From a virus (Duplodnaviria; Caudoviricetes): a stretch of 36,076 bases of DNA. Position numbers and translations under genes: made by a program. Position 1 is the first letter of the stretch. Each line of letters starts with the position of its first letter. Under the pieces are notes generated by a model. That model did no database searches, was not told the DNA's origin, and saw only the letters and a list, made by a program, of their open reading frames with translations. Shown here in pieces: positions 9,232 to 17,582 of the stretch. The DNA lies in the IMG/VR virus record IMGVR_UViG_3300025654_000023, positions 1-36,076 of that record, one strand, 5' to 3'.

Positions 9232-9557
9232 ACGATGCACCAGTAGACGAGTGGGACTTGGCATGTCAAGTGGGATACAAAAGTGTACACGCTGACCCAG
9301 TAAACAAACCCAGTGTACACGCTGACCCAGTAAACAGACCAGCACATTACAATGCAGGAGAGATAGAAACCATTGACTACATTGTTGATGTGTTAGGTAA
9401 GTATGAAGCTATCTCATACTGCCATGGTAATTTAATTAAGTACACTGGCTCTCGACTATGGACAAAGGGGAACCCTATCCAAGATGCAGAGAAAGCTCAG
9501 TGGTACTTAAACAAAATGATTGAACTAATGAAAGAAACTAAAGGAGTTAACTGGTGA
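9219..9557 (+). CDS. DUF3310 / T7 gp1.7-like putative nucleotide kinase
   Basis: DPVNRPAHYN.GEIETIDYI...GNLIKY...D.EKAQWYL signature. Confidence 0.85.
   Translation: MGGINDAPVDEWDLACQVGYKSVHADPVNKPSVHADPVNRPAHYNAGEIETIDYIVDVLGKYEAISYCHGNLIKYTGSRLWTKGNPIQDAEKAQWYLNKMIELMKETKGVNW
9282..9340 (+). repeat. 30-bp in-frame tandem duplication
   Basis: AGTGTACACGCTGACCCAGTAAACA(A/G)ACC occurs twice and encodes SVHADPVN(K/R)P twice. Confidence 0.95.
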
Positions 9558-9910
9558 ACCAAGTATCTTACGAATATCTACAAGGCATGTTTGAAGGTTT
9601 TGATTACTTTCAAGCAAAGTGTAATGACACAGCAATCTTCCCTGAAGACTTAGCCATTGAGTATCTTACTCTTGGTCTAGTATCTGAAGCTGGTGAAGTA
9701 GCTGATAAAATTAAGAAAAAAATTAGGGACGGTGAGCGTCCAAACCATAAGCAAGAAGTTAGTGATGAGCTAGGTGATGTCTTCTGGTACTTAGCAATGC
9801 TTGTTGATCGCATGGGTTTAAATCTAAGTGACGTAGCATTCGAGAACATGAACAAAACAATGAAGCGTAAGCTTGCTAATAAACTTAAAGGCTCAGGTGA
9901 TAACCGATGA
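9554..9910 (+). CDS. mazG: MazG-like nucleotide pyrophosphohydrolase
   Basis: LGLVSEAGEVADKIKKKIRD...DELGDVFWY...GSGDNR signature. Confidence 0.88.
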   Translation: MNQVSYEYLQGMFEGFDYFQAKCNDTAIFPEDLAIEYLTLGLVSEAGEVADKIKKKIRDGERPNHKQEVSDELGDVFWYLAMLVDRMGLNLSDVAFENMNKTMKRKLANKLKGSGDNR

Positions 9911-10044
9911 CTAACGAAGTAAAAGAAGACAAGTGTAGAGCTTGTTATGGCACAGGATTATATGGTTATGAACCCCAAGGTGATGGTTTGTATAAGGCTG
10001 CAAAGCCATGTCCAGTTTGCATGGGAGTAGGCACGAATGGATAG
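9907..10044 (+). CDS. Small DnaJ-type zinc-finger protein, 45 aa (not in ORF track)
   Basis: MTNEVKEDKCRACYGTG...CPVCMGVGTNG has two CxxCxGxG motifs; ATGA overlap with the mazG stop. Confidence 0.8.
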   Translation: MTNEVKEDKCRACYGTGLYGYEPQGDGLYKAAKPCPVCMGVGTNG

Positions 10045-11944
10045 TTATCAGCAGTACATACACAAGTCACGTTACGCACGTTGGAGAGAAGACGACAACA
10101 GACGAGAGACGTGGGCAGAAACAGTCCAGAGATATATTGATTTCTGGAAGGGACGCAAACAGCTAGATGAAGCAACAGGTAAGAAACTTTATGATGCTAT
10201 CTACAACCTAGAAGTAATGCCCTCTATGCGCTGCTTAATGACAGCAGGTGTTGCACTTGATCGTGACAACATGGCTGGCTTTAACTGCTCATACATAGCA
10301 GTAGATCATATCAGAGTGTTCGATGAAATATTATACGTATTAATGTGTGGCACTGGTGTAGGCTTTTCAGTCGAACGTCAGTCTGTAAATAAACTACCAG
10401 AAGTAGCAGAGGAATTTAATGAAACAGATACTACGATCCATGTTAGCGACAGTAAAATTGGTTGGGCTAAAGCTTTCCGTGAGCTGGTTAGTCTTTTGTA
10501 TTCGGGTCAAGTTCCTAGTTGGGATATTTCTAAACTACGTGGCAAAGGCGAAAGACTCAAGACATTCGGGGGTCGTTCTAGTGGCGCTGATCCTCTTGTT
10601 GCTCTTTTTGATTTTACAGTTAGCACTTTCAAAGGTGCTGCTGGTCGAAAGCTAACGAGTATCGAATGCCATGATATTGTATGTAAAATTGCAGAGATTG
10701 TTGTCGTGGGTGGCGTTCGTCGCTCTGCGCTTATTAGTCTGTCTAATCTTTCTGATGATCGGATGCGTCATGCTAAGTCGGGTAATTGGTGGGAAACTGA
10801 TACGCAACGTGCGCTCGCTAACAATAGTGCAGTGTATGATGAACGCCCTGACTTCGAGACGTTCCTAGAAGAGTGGACAGCTCTCTATAAATCTAAAGCA
10901 GGTGAGCGTGGTATCTTCTCCCGCAAGGCAGCAAAGAAACAATCAGCCCGTCACGGACGTAGAGATATTGAGCACGACTTTGGGACTAACCCATGTAGTG
11001 AGATCATCCTACGCTCTGCACAGGTTTGTAATTTGTCGGAAATCGTTATTCGTAGTACCGATACATACGGAGATTTAAAACGTAAGGTTGAGCTTGCTAC
11101 AATCCTTGGCACCCTACAGTCTTCTTTAACAGACTTCCGCTACGTGCGTAACATCTGGAAGAAGAACACACAGGAAGAGTGCTTGCTCGGTGTAAGTATG
11201 ACAGGCATCATGGATCATCCAGTAATGTCAGGACAACAAGATTCAGGTACGTGGTTTGATCACCCTAACCTGCCTATCTTACCTGAGATACTAGAGCGCC
11301 TTAAAGCTGTAGCTGTAGAGACCAACAAGAAGTGGGCAGAGAGTTTAGGTATTAATCAGTCTACGGCTATTACCGCCGTGAAACCAAGCGGTACTGTATC
11401 ACAGTTAGTGGATAGTGCGTCAGGTATACACGCTAGGTTCTCAGCTCAGTACATACGAACAGTACGTAGTGATGGCAAAGATCCTATCTCAGCCTTCCTC
11501 AAGGACGCTGGAGTGCCTTGGGAGAAAGATGTAATGAATGAGGATAACTATGTGTTCTCGTTCCCCATAAAGGCTCCTGCTGGCTCTACGAGCGTTGATG
11601 ACCTTAACGTACAGACACAGCTAGACTTGTGGGAAATCTATCAGAACCATTGGTGTGAGCATAAGCCTAGTGTGACTATTTATTACTCAGATGAGGAGTT
11701 CCTTGCAGCAGGTCAGTGGCTGTGGGATCGACTAGATAGTTGTTCAGGTATTAGCTTCTTGCCCCGCACAGATCATGTGTACAAGCAAGCACCTTACACA
11801 GCTATTACGGAACAAGCTTATGACGAAGCCTTAGCTAAAATGCCAGAGACTATTAACTGGAATGACTTGGGTAAGTTTGAAACAGAAGACACTACAACCG
11901 GTACGCAAGAACTCGCTTGTGTAGCAGGGCAGTGTGAAATATAG
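10037..11944 (+). CDS. nrdJ: Class II (adenosylcobalamin-dependent) ribonucleotide reductase
   Basis: FNCS, LMCGTGVGFS, GGVRRSALI, TNPCSEI, VKPSGTVSQL, WCEHKPS and C-terminal CVAGQCEI; no beta-subunit gene follows. The class call comes from family resemblance only. Confidence 0.85.
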   Translation: MDSYQQYIHKSRYARWREDDNRRETWAETVQRYIDFWKGRKQLDEATGKKLYDAIYNLEVMPSMRCLMTAGVALDRDNMAGFNCSYIAVDHIRVFDEILYVLMCGTGVGFSVERQSVNKLPEVAEEFNETDTTIHVSDSKIGWAKAFRELVSLLYSGQVPSWDISKLRGKGERLKTFGGRSSGADPLVALFDFTVSTFKGAAGRKLTSIECHDIVCKIAEIVVVGGVRRSALISLSNLSDDRMRHAKSGNWWETDTQRALANNSAVYDERPDFETFLEEWTALYKSKAGERGIFSRKAAKKQSARHGRRDIEHDFGTNPCSEIILRSAQVCNLSEIVIRSTDTYGDLKRKVELATILGTLQSSLTDFRYVRNIWKKNTQEECLLGVSMTGIMDHPVMSGQQDSGTWFDHPNLPILPEILERLKAVAVETNKKWAESLGINQSTAITAVKPSGTVSQLVDSASGIHARFSAQYIRTVRSDGKDPISAFLKDAGVPWEKDVMNEDNYVFSFPIKAPAGSTSVDDLNVQTQLDLWEIYQNHWCEHKPSVTIYYSDEEFLAAGQWLWDRLDSCSGISFLPRTDHVYKQAPYTAITEQAYDEALAKMPETINWNDLGKFETEDTTTGTQELACVAGQCEI

Positions 11945-12032
11945 AAAAGCGGTAATGGTATTGGAGGTAGTAACCTGCCTCCATATCATCGCAAACGTCT
12001 GGTTACACCTCCCCTATAACCCCTTGATTTAA
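11934..12032 (+). CDS. Possible 32-aa hydrophobic mini-protein
   Basis: GTG start overlaps the RNR end: MKYRKAVMVLEVVTCLHIIANVWLHLPYNPLI; RBS is weak. Confidence 0.4.
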   Translation: MKYRKAVMVLEVVTCLHIIANVWLHLPYNPLI

Positions 12033-12035
12033 TTA

Positions 12036-12060
12036 CCTAGTTTCTAAACGTACCGTTAAG
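12036..12060 (+). promoter_or_regulatory. Putative phage RNAP promoter (structural module)
   Basis: CCTAGTTTCTAAACGTACCGTTAAG, 22/25 identical to 3528-3552, directly before the first late gene. Confidence 0.65.
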
Positions 12061-12070
12061 AGAAACAACT

Positions 12071-12250
12071 ATGAATATAAAACCTATTATATCTAAAGAA
12101 TTAGTGGATATGTTTAAGAAATTATATCCAAACCAATTGCCCCATAACCTCGGTGTGAAAGACACACAAGTGGCTTTTCTACAAGGGCAACAATCCATCA
12201 TTCAAAAGCTAGAGAACATGCTTGAGGATGAGTTAACCAATGAGAATTAA
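12071..12250 (+). CDS. Small hypothetical protein upstream of portal, 59 aa (not in ORF track)
   Basis: MNIKPIISKELVDMFKKLYPNQLP...FLQGQQSIIQKLE; pattern and position resemble a recurrent podovirus pre-portal gene. Confidence 0.75.
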   Translation: MNIKPIISKELVDMFKKLYPNQLPHNLGVKDTQVAFLQGQQSIIQKLENMLEDELTNEN

Positions 12251-12252
12251 TT

Positions 12253-12459
12253 ATGTGCATGTCCTCCCCTGATATACCTAAGCCACCACCACCACCACCA
12301 GCCGCTAACCTAGCCCCTGACGAGATTGAAAACGCAGTGGACTCTAATGCTGAACAACGTAAGAAGAAACGCAAAGGTTCTAAGCAATTATCTAGAGGTC
12401 TCTCTGGTGTACAAACGGCTGCGTCATCTGCTGGTGCAGGTCTTACAATTAATAAATAG
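12253..12459 (+). CDS. Small virion protein (T7 gp6.7-like)
   Basis: Met-Cys start, Pro-rich segment, basic KKKRKG...L, C-terminal GLTI; located before the portal. Confidence 0.75.
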   Translation: MCMSSPDIPKPPPPPPAANLAPDEIENAVDSNAEQRKKKRKGSKQLSRGLSGVQTAASSAGAGLTINK

Positions 12460-12469
12460 GAAATGAATT

Positions 12470-12712
12470 ATGTGTATGATTACAAAAGCGCCTAAACATT
12501 TTGGAAGTACGGGTGTAGGTCAACTATTAAGCCAAAGGGATAACCTAGGCATCGTAAAAGCTGGAAAAAATTTAGACAAGACCTTAGTTGGTGGCGCTGC
12601 CCAATCTGATGAAGTTAAGAGAGTAGCCAAGCAAACAGGTGCTGCTAAGATAGGTCAGAGAGTTGGTAAGAATGCTCGTGCAGGTCTACAAAATGTACAA
12701 AACGATTACTAA
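12470..12712 (+). CDS. Small basic putative virion protein (gp7.3 position)
   Basis: AGGA RBS; Met-Cys start; Gly/Ala/Lys-rich; immediately before the portal. Confidence 0.6.
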   Translation: MCMITKAPKHFGSTGVGQLLSQRDNLGIVKAGKNLDKTLVGGAAQSDEVKRVAKQTGAAKIGQRVGKNARAGLQNVQNDY

Positions 12713-12721
12713 GGAACAATT

Positions 12722-14299
12722 ATGACAATGACCGAGAAAGGTGTAGCACACGCCTACGAAAATATGGAAGCAGATCGTGATGTCTTTTTAACGAGGGCAA
12801 GGGCGGCTGCTGAACTAACCATACCGACTTTAATGCCTCGTGACGGTCACACCTCCTCTACCCAATACGACACACCTTTCCAAGCTGTAGGTGCTAGAGG
12901 TGTAAACAACCTCGCATCAAAACTTCTAATGACACTCCTGCCTCCTAACAGTCCGTTCTTTCGTTTAACGATAGATGACTTTGACTTAGTTGAGTTAGCA
13001 GGGGATGACGCTAGAGGTAAGGCTGAAGATGCTTTAGCTCGTATTGAGCGTTCAGCCGCACAGCTTGTAGAAGCCAAGGCTATCCGAGTACCAGCTTTCG
13101 AGATGCTCAAGCAGCTTATCGTTAGTGGGAATGCTCTTGTACATATGCCTAAAGATGGGGGGATGAAAGTCTTCCGTCTTGATAGTTATTGCGTCAAGCG
13201 TGATACTATGGGCAACCTACTTAAAATCGTTGTCAAAGAGACAATCGCTTTTGAAGCTCTCCCTGACATTGTTAAGGCAGCTTTAGTAGAGAATGAAGAG
13301 TACATCGCACAGCAAGATAAAAGAGAGTGTGAACTCTACACCTGTATTAAACGAGAAGATAAAAAGTTTGTTGTACATCAAGAGGTACATGGTGAAATTA
13401 TACCTAAGTCTGAAGGCAGTTATGCAGCAGATAAACTACCGTGGTTAGCTTTACGTTTCATTGCTATTGATGGTAACGATTACGGACGCTCTTTCGTGGA
13501 AGAGATTATCGGTGATCTAAAATCATTAGAAGCTCTGACTCGTGCTATCGTAGAAGGAAGCGCAGCTAGTGCTAAACTTCTCTTCATGGTACGACCTAAC
13601 GGTACAACTAAGATACGTAACATTGCAGACTCTGCTAATGGTGCAATCATCTCAGGTGATGCCAATGATGTTACTACATTACAAGCAAATAAATTTAATG
13701 ACTTCCGAGTAGCTCAAGAAACAATGCAAGTAATCACTGAACGCTTGTCTTTTTCTTTCTTACTTAACAGCTCAGTCCAGCGCCAAGCTGAACGTGTGAC
13801 GGCTGAAGAAGTACGCTACATGGCACAAGAACTAGAGACTGCTTTAGGTGGTATCTACTCTGTCTTATCTCAAGAATTCCAACTCCCCCTTGTTAACCTA
13901 CTGCTCGCTAAGATGCAGAAAGAAGGCAAGATGCCCAAGTTTCCAAAAAATACCTTAAAGCCTCAAATCGTAACTGGTTTAGAGGCACTAGGTCGTGGGC
14001 AGGATCTTAATAAACTATCAGCGTTCTTGGAGTACCTCCAACCTTTAGGCCAAGAGATAATTCAACAGAACCTAAACATTGATGATTACTTAGATCGCTT
14101 AGGCGCATCACTGGGTATTGATACTCAAGGTTTAATTAAGTCTCCTGAACAGAAAGCAGAAGAACAGGCAGCAGCAGAAGCTAAGATGCAGGAACAACAG
14201 CAACAACAGCAGATGATGCAGATGGCTGAGAAGGTTGCCCCTACCGCTGTTAAAGGTATGGTAGAAGGCGCACAACAACAGCAACCTGTGGAGGAGTAA
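12722..14299 (+). CDS. Head-tail connector (portal, T7 gp8-like)
   Basis: QAVGARGVNNLASKL, YGRSFVEE, AERVTAEEVR and GLEALGRGQD motifs. Confidence 0.96.
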   Translation: MTMTEKGVAHAYENMEADRDVFLTRARAAAELTIPTLMPRDGHTSSTQYDTPFQAVGARGVNNLASKLLMTLLPPNSPFFRLTIDDFDLVELAGDDARGKAEDALARIERSAAQLVEAKAIRVPAFEMLKQLIVSGNALVHMPKDGGMKVFRLDSYCVKRDTMGNLLKIVVKETIAFEALPDIVKAALVENEEYIAQQDKRECELYTCIKREDKKFVVHQEVHGEIIPKSEGSYAADKLPWLALRFIAIDGNDYGRSFVEEIIGDLKSLEALTRAIVEGSAASAKLLFMVRPNGTTKIRNIADSANGAIISGDANDVTTLQANKFNDFRVAQETMQVITERLSFSFLLNSSVQRQAERVTAEEVRYMAQELETALGGIYSVLSQEFQLPLVNLLLAKMQKEGKMPKFPKNTLKPQIVTGLEALGRGQDLNKLSAFLEYLQPLGQEIIQQNLNIDDYLDRLGASLGIDTQGLIKSPEQKAEEQAAAEAKMQEQQQQQQMMQMAEKVAPTAVKGMVEGAQQQQPVEE

Positions 14300-15009
14300 T
14301 GGAGTATAACGAAGCATTAGGTGCAGGACTTGTACAACAGTTCTATGATAATCGACCTAGAGTTAATTATGCAGAAGAAGACCCAGCGTTTGTTAAGCAG
14401 CCTTACAAAGTCCACTATGGACAAGATGCTATTAATGAAGTGACTAAAAGGGAAGGCCAACTTACTCCCCCAATGGAAGCTGTTATCAGAGAGGAAGGTT
14501 TCGTGGATGGCGTGTATGAAGACACTAAAGGTATAAAAACTTCAGGTGTTGGTCAAACAGGTGGATACATGAATATGACCTTTAGAGAAGCCTTCTTAGA
14601 TCACGAAAAATTAGTTAAGGATATTATACCTAATTTTATGATTTTTGATGACAACACACAAGCTCAGTTATTATCACTAGGTTACAGAGGTGATACTAAA
14701 TCTAAAAAAGGCAAACCTCTTAAATGGGTAAACTTATTTAATCAAGGTGAGTACGCTCTAGCGGCTGCTGAACTATTAGATCATAAAGAATACAAAGATC
14801 TAGTGAAAAAGTTTGAAGAAGAGGGTGAAGACAGTGGTATCATCCACCGTTTAGAAGCAGCAGCTACTCAGATAGCAAGTTTACAAGCAGCCCCTCGTGA
14901 AGAGGAGGTTGAGGAAGAAACTTTTTCTAATGCTTTCCGCAAAGCCAGCAAAGAAGGTGCTAAAACTTTCGACTGGAATGGTAAATCTTATAGCACTAAA
15001 CAAGCTTAA
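14299..15009 (+). CDS. T4-type (GH24-like) lysozyme with C-terminal extension
   Basis: EEGFVDGVYEDTKGIKTSGVG gives E-x8-D-x5-T catalytic spacing; also NQGEYALAAAELLD. Confidence 0.8.
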   Translation: MEYNEALGAGLVQQFYDNRPRVNYAEEDPAFVKQPYKVHYGQDAINEVTKREGQLTPPMEAVIREEGFVDGVYEDTKGIKTSGVGQTGGYMNMTFREAFLDHEKLVKDIIPNFMIFDDNTQAQLLSLGYRGDTKSKKGKPLKWVNLFNQGEYALAAAELLDHKEYKDLVKKFEEEGEDSGIIHRLEAAATQIASLQAAPREEEVEEETFSNAFRKASKEGAKTFDWNGKSYSTKQA

Positions 15010-15027
15010 CAAACTAAAGAGACTATT

Positions 15028-15819
15028 ATGGAACAAATATCTACACATGAAGAAGTAGCCCCTAATGCAGATGCACAAGCGGCACACGAAGCTGAGATGG
15101 TAAAGGTTGCTGAAGAGTTAGAGGTTAAGAATAACCCTAACGCTGAACAACGTCCTGATTGGTTGCCAGAAAAATTTAAGTCTGCCGAACAGATGGCAGA
15201 AGCGTATGCGAGCTTAGAATCTAAACTAGGTAGCAACGAGCAAACGCAAGAGACGACTGAAGAAACTACTCCTGAAGTTACTAGAGAAGCTGAGGCTTCC
15301 GAAGTAAAACAAGTACTAGATAAAGCAGGTGTTGATTTTAATGCGTTACAAAGTGAATATACTGAACAAGGAGAAGTTAGTGCAGACTCTTACGCTAAGT
15401 TAGAGGAAGCAGGTTTCTCAAAAGATTTGGTAGATAGTTATATTAAAGGACAAGAATCTTTAAATGCTAACTACGAAAAGGCCGTCTACGATACAGCAGG
15501 CGGTCAAGAAGCTTACGGAGAACTTATTCAATGGGCAGGTGATAACCTTCAACAAGGTGAGATCGCTGCTTTTGATAAAGCCGTAAGTTCAGGAGACGTT
15601 GATATGGTCAAGATGGCTGTGTCGGGATTACAAACAAAGTATCAAGCTGCCGAGGGTACAGATCCAACACTACTAAGTGAAGGGCAATCCAGTAACTCTA
15701 CAGGTGGTGTGTTCAACTCATGGGCAGAAGTAACTGCCGCTATGAACGACACCCGATACGAAAGTGATGTCGCATATCGCCAAAAGATTTCTGCCAAGCT
15801 TGGTAGGAGTCAACTGTAA
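15028..15819 (+). CDS. Capsid scaffolding protein (T7 gp9-like)
   Basis: RPDWLPEKF, AGGQEAY...WA and AMNDTRYESDVAYR motifs; acidic. Confidence 0.93.
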   Translation: MEQISTHEEVAPNADAQAAHEAEMVKVAEELEVKNNPNAEQRPDWLPEKFKSAEQMAEAYASLESKLGSNEQTQETTEETTPEVTREAEASEVKQVLDKAGVDFNALQSEYTEQGEVSADSYAKLEEAGFSKDLVDSYIKGQESLNANYEKAVYDTAGGQEAYGELIQWAGDNLQQGEIAAFDKAVSSGDVDMVKMAVSGLQTKYQAAEGTDPTLLSEGQSSNSTGGVFNSWAEVTAAMNDTRYESDVAYRQKISAKLGRSQL

Positions 15820-15830
15820 CAAGTCTCTTT

Positions 15831-15853
15831 GGCCACCTTCGGGTGGCTTTTTT
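15831..15853 (+). terminator. Intrinsic terminator between scaffold and capsid
   Basis: GCCACC-TTCG-GGTGGC stem-loop followed by T6. Confidence 0.85.
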
Positions 15854-15855
15854 AA

Positions 15856-15867
15856 TTCTAAAAGTAC
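15856..15867 (+). promoter_or_regulatory. Partial copy of putative phage promoter motif
   Basis: TTCTAAAAGTAC is identical to 3534-3545 and sits just after the terminator, upstream of the capsid gene. Confidence 0.45.
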
Positions 15868-15870
15868 AAC

Positions 15871-15933
15871 AACACGCAATACTATTACCTTTGACCCTCC
15901 GAGGAGGATAATCTCAGAGAACGCATGAGTGTT
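15871..15933 (+). promoter_or_regulatory. Putative structured RNA in capsid leader
   Basis: Nested pairings AACAC/GTGTT, CTTTGA/TCAGAG and CCTC-CGAG-GAGG. Confidence 0.45.
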
Positions 15934-15988
15934 AAGTGACTGAGTAGAATCTTAATCATTTAAACATTTAACTAAAAGGTAAAACATT

Positions 15989-16915
15989 ATGACAAACTAT
16001 ACAGGCGTATCTCGCTTAGGTGCTAACGCTGGTACTACTGATACTAGCGCCAAGGAACTCTTTTTAAAGACGTTCACTGGTGAAGTATTAACCGCATTCA
16101 ACACTAACAACATCGCAATGCCATTACACCGTGTACGCACAATCTCTCAAGGTTCTAGTGCACAATTCCCATTAACAGGTATCGCTACTACTGATACTCT
16201 TGTAGCTGGTAACGAAGTATCTCCTAGTCCTATTGCTCACAGTGAGAAAGTTATCAACATTAATAACCTTCTTACTTCTAGCGTATTTATTGCCAAAATC
16301 GACGAAGCAATGAATCACTATGATGTTCGCTCTATCTACTCTTCTGAGATTGGCACTGCTCTAGCTAAAGCTGCTGATGTAACTATCTTTGAAAAGATTG
16401 CTGCTGCAACTGATGACACTGCTGAGTACGCTACAGGCACTGGCGCTGATGTTGGTGCAAACGCTGACGTTGAGTTTGCAGGTTCTGGTGGTTCACAAAC
16501 TGGTTCACAAGTAGCTGATGGTATCTTCGCAGCTTTAGAAGCTCTTGATACTAAGAATGTTACTGGTGAGAAGTATGTTGTATTAGATGCTGATACTTAC
16601 TACCGCTTGTTTACTGGTTCGGTTTCTAACCTTGCTGGCGTGATGAGTTCAGACTTCGGCTCTGGTGGTAACTTGAACACTGGTACTGTTCCACAAATCG
16701 GTGGCGCTAAAGTATACATGTCTAACAACCTACCTACAGGTTCTAAAGGCTTAGTATTTACTAAAGACGCTGCTGCAACAGTTAAGTTATTAGACTTAGG
16801 TGTTGAGTCAGAGTACCAAGTTTCACGACAAGGTACACTAATGGTAGCTCGCTACGCAATGGGTCACGACTCATTACGTCCTGAGTGTGCTGTTAAATTG
16901 ATTACCGCAGCTTAA
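15989..16915 (+). CDS. Major capsid protein (T7 gp10-like)
   Basis: LFLKTFTGEVLTAF, RTISQGSSAQFP, HYDVRSIYS and YAMGHDSLRPE motifs. Confidence 0.96.
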   Translation: MTNYTGVSRLGANAGTTDTSAKELFLKTFTGEVLTAFNTNNIAMPLHRVRTISQGSSAQFPLTGIATTDTLVAGNEVSPSPIAHSEKVININNLLTSSVFIAKIDEAMNHYDVRSIYSSEIGTALAKAADVTIFEKIAAATDDTAEYATGTGADVGANADVEFAGSGGSQTGSQVADGIFAALEALDTKNVTGEKYVVLDADTYYRLFTGSVSNLAGVMSSDFGSGGNLNTGTVPQIGGAKVYMSNNLPTGSKGLVFTKDAAATVKLLDLGVESEYQVSRQGTLMVARYAMGHDSLRPECAVKLITAA

Positions 16916-16923
16916 TTGTGGTT

Positions 16924-16960
16924 GAGAGCACCCCTTCGGGGGTGTTTCTCTCTTTATTTT
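16924..16960 (+). terminator. T-phi-like terminator after capsid gene
   Basis: CACCCC-TTCG-GGGGTG stem-loop followed by a T-rich tract. Confidence 0.88.
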
Positions 16961-16975
16961 TTCATTGAGGTAAAC

Positions 16976-17581
16976 ATGACAACTCCTACAACAAAACTGG
17001 AAGCAGTAAATTCCATGCTGTCTACTATTGGTGAAGCACCAGTAAACAGTTTAACATCTGGCTTAGTAGATGCCGATACTGCTGAGACAATTCTCAATGA
17101 AGTGTCAAGAAGCGTCCAAGCTCACGGCTGGAACTTTAACTCGGAACCAGATTATACTGTTGCTGCTGACACTAGCGGTAATGTTGTGCTTCCTACAGAA
17201 ATTCTTAGAGCTGATTTAGCTAACTCTGTAACAAAGTACAGAAGCACTAAGCAAGAATACGTACAACGTGGCAACAAGATGTACGATAAGATTAAACATA
17301 GTTTTAACATAGGCACCCCTCTCAAGCTTGATGTGGTTGTCCTACTAGATTTTGAAGTATGTCCTGAAGTAGCAAGACGCTACGTTACTGTTAAAGCTGC
17401 CCGCATCTTTCAAGAGCGAGTAGTTGGTAGTGATTCACTATCAGCAATGAACAGGAATGACGAACAGGAAGCCTTATTCTCCCTCCGAGAGATGGAAGGG
17501 GATAACGGTGATTATAATATATTTGATGATTATGGCACTACTCGTGTGCTTGATCGTTCCAGTGGAACAAAGGTGATTTAA
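16976..17581 (+). CDS. Tail tubular protein A (T7 gp11-like)
   Basis: LEAVNSMLSTIGEAPV, VQAHGWNFN and KAARIFQ motifs; GAGG RBS before ATG 16976. Confidence 0.93.
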   Translation: MTTPTTKLEAVNSMLSTIGEAPVNSLTSGLVDADTAETILNEVSRSVQAHGWNFNSEPDYTVAADTSGNVVLPTEILRADLANSVTKYRSTKQEYVQRGNKMYDKIKHSFNIGTPLKLDVVVLLDFEVCPEVARRYVTVKAARIFQERVVGSDSLSAMNRNDEQEALFSLREMEGDNGDYNIFDDYGTTRVLDRSSGTKVI

Positions 17582-17582
17582 C

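Noticed and set aside
9554-9910. MazG as a sign of a 2-aminoadenine (Z) or other modified-base genome
   Set aside because: No PurZ, dATPase or other base-modification gene is visible in the window.
14190-14290. CAA/CAG poly-Gln repeats at the portal C-terminus
   Set aside because: Ordinary low-complexity tail of T7-like portals.
15891-15912. TTGACC...GATAAT resembling a sigma70 promoter
   Set aside because: The spacer is only 10 nt; better explained as RNA structure.
16913-16975. Tail tube A is in frame with the capsid across one TAA (possible readthrough or 10B-like extension)
   Set aside because: A strong terminator intervenes, tube A has its own RBS and ATG at 16976, and I see no convincing slippery site; likely chance.
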